42,145 nucleotides of DNA from positions 1 through 42,145 of the forward strand of contig JADGIG010000021.1 of NCBI GenBank assembly GCA_018985235.1, read 5' to 3'. Within the stretch, counting starts at the first letter, position 1, and every line of letters starts with the position of its first letter. The DNA comes from Sanchytrium tribonematis. Lineage: Eukaryota. This document shows positions 39,353 to 42,145 of the stretch, one piece after another. The position numbers and the translations under genes were made by a program. The notes under the pieces are model-generated. The model saw only the letters and a program-made list of their open reading frames with translations. It was not told where the DNA came from and did no database searches.

Positions 39353-39495
39353 AACCAGTCAGTCAATAAATTGTCCTCGTAGTGAAATCAGTACAGGTCT
39401 GTGTTGACATCTTTCTGGTTAATATTATTCAATTTTACTTGTTTTGTTGGAAACCACGTGTTAGTAACGAATCATTTTTGGCACAACCCCATTTT

Positions 39496-40972
39496 ATGGC
39501 CAGTAAGGAATATTCCAATATATATTGCTACAGCGCCGATGACTTTCCGAGTACTGAATCCGGTGTATTAAGAATTACACAAGCAGGAATCGGGTGGAAA
39601 GGTCAATCCGTCATAGCTGTTGCAACAGCTGAAATTACAAAAACACAATGGATGCGTGCATTTCGTGGCTACCAATTGAGAGTATACTGCAAAACCGATC
39701 CTTTCAAAGCCAAGTCCCCATTTATTAAATTAGATGGGTTCGATAGAAATGATTTTGATGAATTAAGTGCTTCCATTAAATCCTTGTACAAGATAAATCT
39801 AGAAGTCAAAGAATGGAATGTTAAAGGCCAAAATTGGGGAAAAGCTGAATTGACTGGTTCTCATTTAAATTTTGTTTGGAATAAGCCCATTTTCGAAATT
39901 CCTTATGGTTGTATTTCAAATGCCAATTTAGCAAATAAAAACGAGGTTGCAATGGATATTGAACCGTGTGAGCACGGTGATCAATTGGTCGATATCAGAT
40001 TTTACGTTCCTGGAGTTACTGCAGAAAATGACGAAACAACTGCCGCTGAATTTTTGTGTAATAGTGTAAAGCAAAAAGCCGATCTTCAAGCAGTATCAGG
40101 GAAATCAATTGTATCCTTTAAAGAATTACCGTTTCTCACCCCCAGAGGCCGGTATGAAATGGATGTTTACGAGGACTTTATACGTTTACGAGGTAAGACC
40201 TATGATTTTAAAATTGAATTTAAAAATATTGTTAAATTATTCAGTTTGCAAAAGCCTGATGACAATAATCACTTGGTCATATTAGCACTAGACCCTCCGG
40301 TATCACAAGGACAAACCAGATACCCTTTCCTAGTAATGAATTTTAGTAATGAAGATGAAGAAGAAATTGAAGTCAATGCGGAACCTGACTTCAAAAAACG
40401 TTACAATTTACCAAATAAGTATGAAAACCCTCTTTATTTCACAATAACAGACGCCATATCGAAAATGTCGACTATCGACACTGTCTTTTCAGGAAGTTTT
40501 CAGAGGTATATTTATTTAATTTAGCCACTTCAAAAAAGGAGGCGTAAAATGTTCATTAAAAGCTAATGAGGGATTTTTGTATTTTCTGGAAATCGCTTTA
40601 CTATTTATTCCAAAGAATTCCATGTACCTTCCATATAATGACATAGCACACGTCAGCTTTTCAAGAGTGAGTGCATCAGGTTCTAATTCTAGTCGCACGT
40701 TTGATATTAGTGTAAATTTAAAAGCTGGTCAACAAATATTATTTTCAAATATTGGGCGCGAGGAACACTCAAGTATACTAAAATTTCTTCAGACTAAGAA
40801 TATTGAAGTCTTTGAAGAGCAAGAAGAAGAGGTGGTTGAAACATTTAATGAAGAAGAAGCCGTTCCTATGGATTTGGATGAAGATGAAAGTTCTCCAGAT
40901 GAGGATTTTAATCCAGGAAAATTAAGTTCAGAGGAGTCTGTTGCTGAAGAAGAGAGCGAGGCAAATGACTAA
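39496..40972 (+). CDS. POB3: FACT subunit Pob3/SSRP1 without HMG box, 2 exons (39496-40505, 40525-40972), 485 aa
   Basis: KGQNWG, IRFYVP, LTPRGRY, LRGKTYDFKI and LDPPVSQGQTRYPFLV. Splicing restores VKCSLKANEGFLY. Acidic tail. Confidence 0.96.
40506..40524 (+). other. 19-nt spliceosomal intron in POB3 (phase 2)
   Basis: GTATATTTATTTAATTTAG. Removal gives FQSHFKKGGVKCSLKANEG. Confidence 0.94.
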
Positions 40973-40989
40973 TAAATATTCATGGGTAT

Positions 40990-42145
40990 TTACTCAGATG
41001 GAAATGTTAACCAAAACGGGTTTGCAAGTACATCCTCTTTCTTGACTCTATCTAAAAGTCCTTCTAATTTCTTTTTGTAATTTATAAGTTGAGAGCTATA
41101 AGGCGTTGGGTCTAAATTAAAAAATATTACCAAAATAGCATTTAAAAACATGCCATTGCATCACTACTTCTTTTCCTTTAATAAGAACTTCTATCCAATT
41201 TGTATTTTCTTTTCCAAAAAGACGATGTGCCATCCCAATACATGATTCACCTTGGCTTGAGATGAGAAATGGATCTGCGCCCATCCAAAGTAAAAGCTGT
41301 ATACAATCAGCATGACCGTGGTAAATTGCTTCATGAAGCGGGGTATATTGGTCAACATTGTCCTGATCATTAACATTTAAATTTGATAGCAATGCCAGCA
41401 TGCACATCCAAACATTTCCACTTCTTGCTGCCAAGTGTAAGAGATTAAACCCAAATTCATTTCTCATTTGCGAGTTTGCATTATATTTTAACAATACAGC
41501 ATTGACGCCCACATTTTGATGAACAAGAAGAGCGAAACAGCTATGTTTGGCAGCTGACGTGGAATTTTTGAGTAGCAAAAGAAGTACAGCCCAATTATTT
41601 CTCGCACAGGCAACGTCAATTGGCAAAACTTGCGCATGAATATTAAAAGTTGGTATTACTTTAAATGACTCAAAACTCTCAGATTTAGGAATGTAATTTT
41701 TGTTATACTCTTTTAAATAAGAGCAGCTTTGAATGCCGTAAACTACTCTAGGAATTCTCTTGATAACATTTGGATCAAATTTATCGGCCGCAGATGTGTT
41801 AATAGGAGCTTCAGAATCTCCATCTGCAGATGCCGAAGTGGTTCTTTCCCACTCAATTTTAGATATACTGTAATCACATTTGACCTTACCTTCCGATTCT
41901 ACTGCAGACCAGATATGTTTCATATCCACCAACTTTGGAGTCTCAACTTTCAAGTGTTCCCCGAGATTTGCAATAAGAGCATAAAGTCCAAGCCGGATAC
42001 CACGCATCTGATCCGCGCCATTTTGGAGTAATAAACTTACACATTCCGGAGAAGTAAGATTACTGGAACAACATGCAGCCATCAAAGGTGTTATATCATA
42101 CCATGCATGATCCAGTTTAGGCTGTTTTGATTGCAACCATTCTTG
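40990..42145 (-). CDS. Ankyrin-repeat protein, 5'-partial, 2 visible exons (42145-41131, 41111-40990)
   Basis: ITPLMAAC, GFNLLHLAARSG and YTPLHEAIYHGH...GADP. The frame is open to the window edge; the last exon is inferred from the intron consensus. Confidence 0.82.
41112..41130 (-). other. 19-nt spliceosomal intron in the ankyrin gene (phase 1)
   Basis: GTAATATTTTTTAATTTAG, an exact match to the consensus. Removal opens 40 further codons. Confidence 0.82.

Noticed and set aside
828..41130. Split ORFs as pseudogenes, programmed frameshifts or sequencing errors
   Set aside because: Every break coincides with a GT-AG 19-mer sharing a fixed YTAAY. POL3 and POB3 are essential, and simple frameshifting would leave stops or inserted residues.
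203..42031. Numerous 60-165 aa ORFs overlapping called genes (e.g. 10825-11322, 33171-33452, 35462-35896)
   Set aside because: They are antisense or alternate-frame shadows with no recognisable motifs.
1..42145. Alternative genetic code (e.g. TAA/TAG = Gln)
   Set aside because: TAA (LTN1, RPP0), TAG (RMD5) and TGA (POL3, RPC34) all occur at the expected C-termini of conserved proteins.
1..42145. Mobile elements, CRISPR arrays, rRNA, long repeats
   Set aside because: None seen. The six introns share only splice signals, with no internal similarity to suggest introner elements.

Overview
A 42 kb stretch of an extremely compact, AT-rich eukaryotic nuclear chromosome with about 31 protein genes and one tRNA-Ile(AAT) gene, many separated by only 4-60 bp. 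Fused alpha-beta Trp synthase, HMG-less Pob3 and single-chain ACC point to Fungi. A CC2D1/Lgd-like gene and a LolD-type ABC ATPase suggest an early-diverging lineage (sanchytrid-like is a guess, not shown). The code is standard. Main result: six genes that look broken are each repaired by removing a GT-AG intron of exactly 19 nt (GTAW-N6-YTAAY-WYAG, branch A fixed at -6, never G at +5). This implies a fixed-length 'ruler' splicing system, and a divergent U1 factor LUC7 lies in the same window. Other recurring features are a CTCCTT/CCCCTC motif just upstream of many start codons, 21-42 bp divergent promoters, poly(A) signals fused to stop codons (twice the palindrome AATAAATTTATT), and a CDS whose stop codon lies within an antisense tRNA. 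No mobile elements, CRISPR or rRNA were seen. Gene calls are from motif recognition by eye, without database searches.
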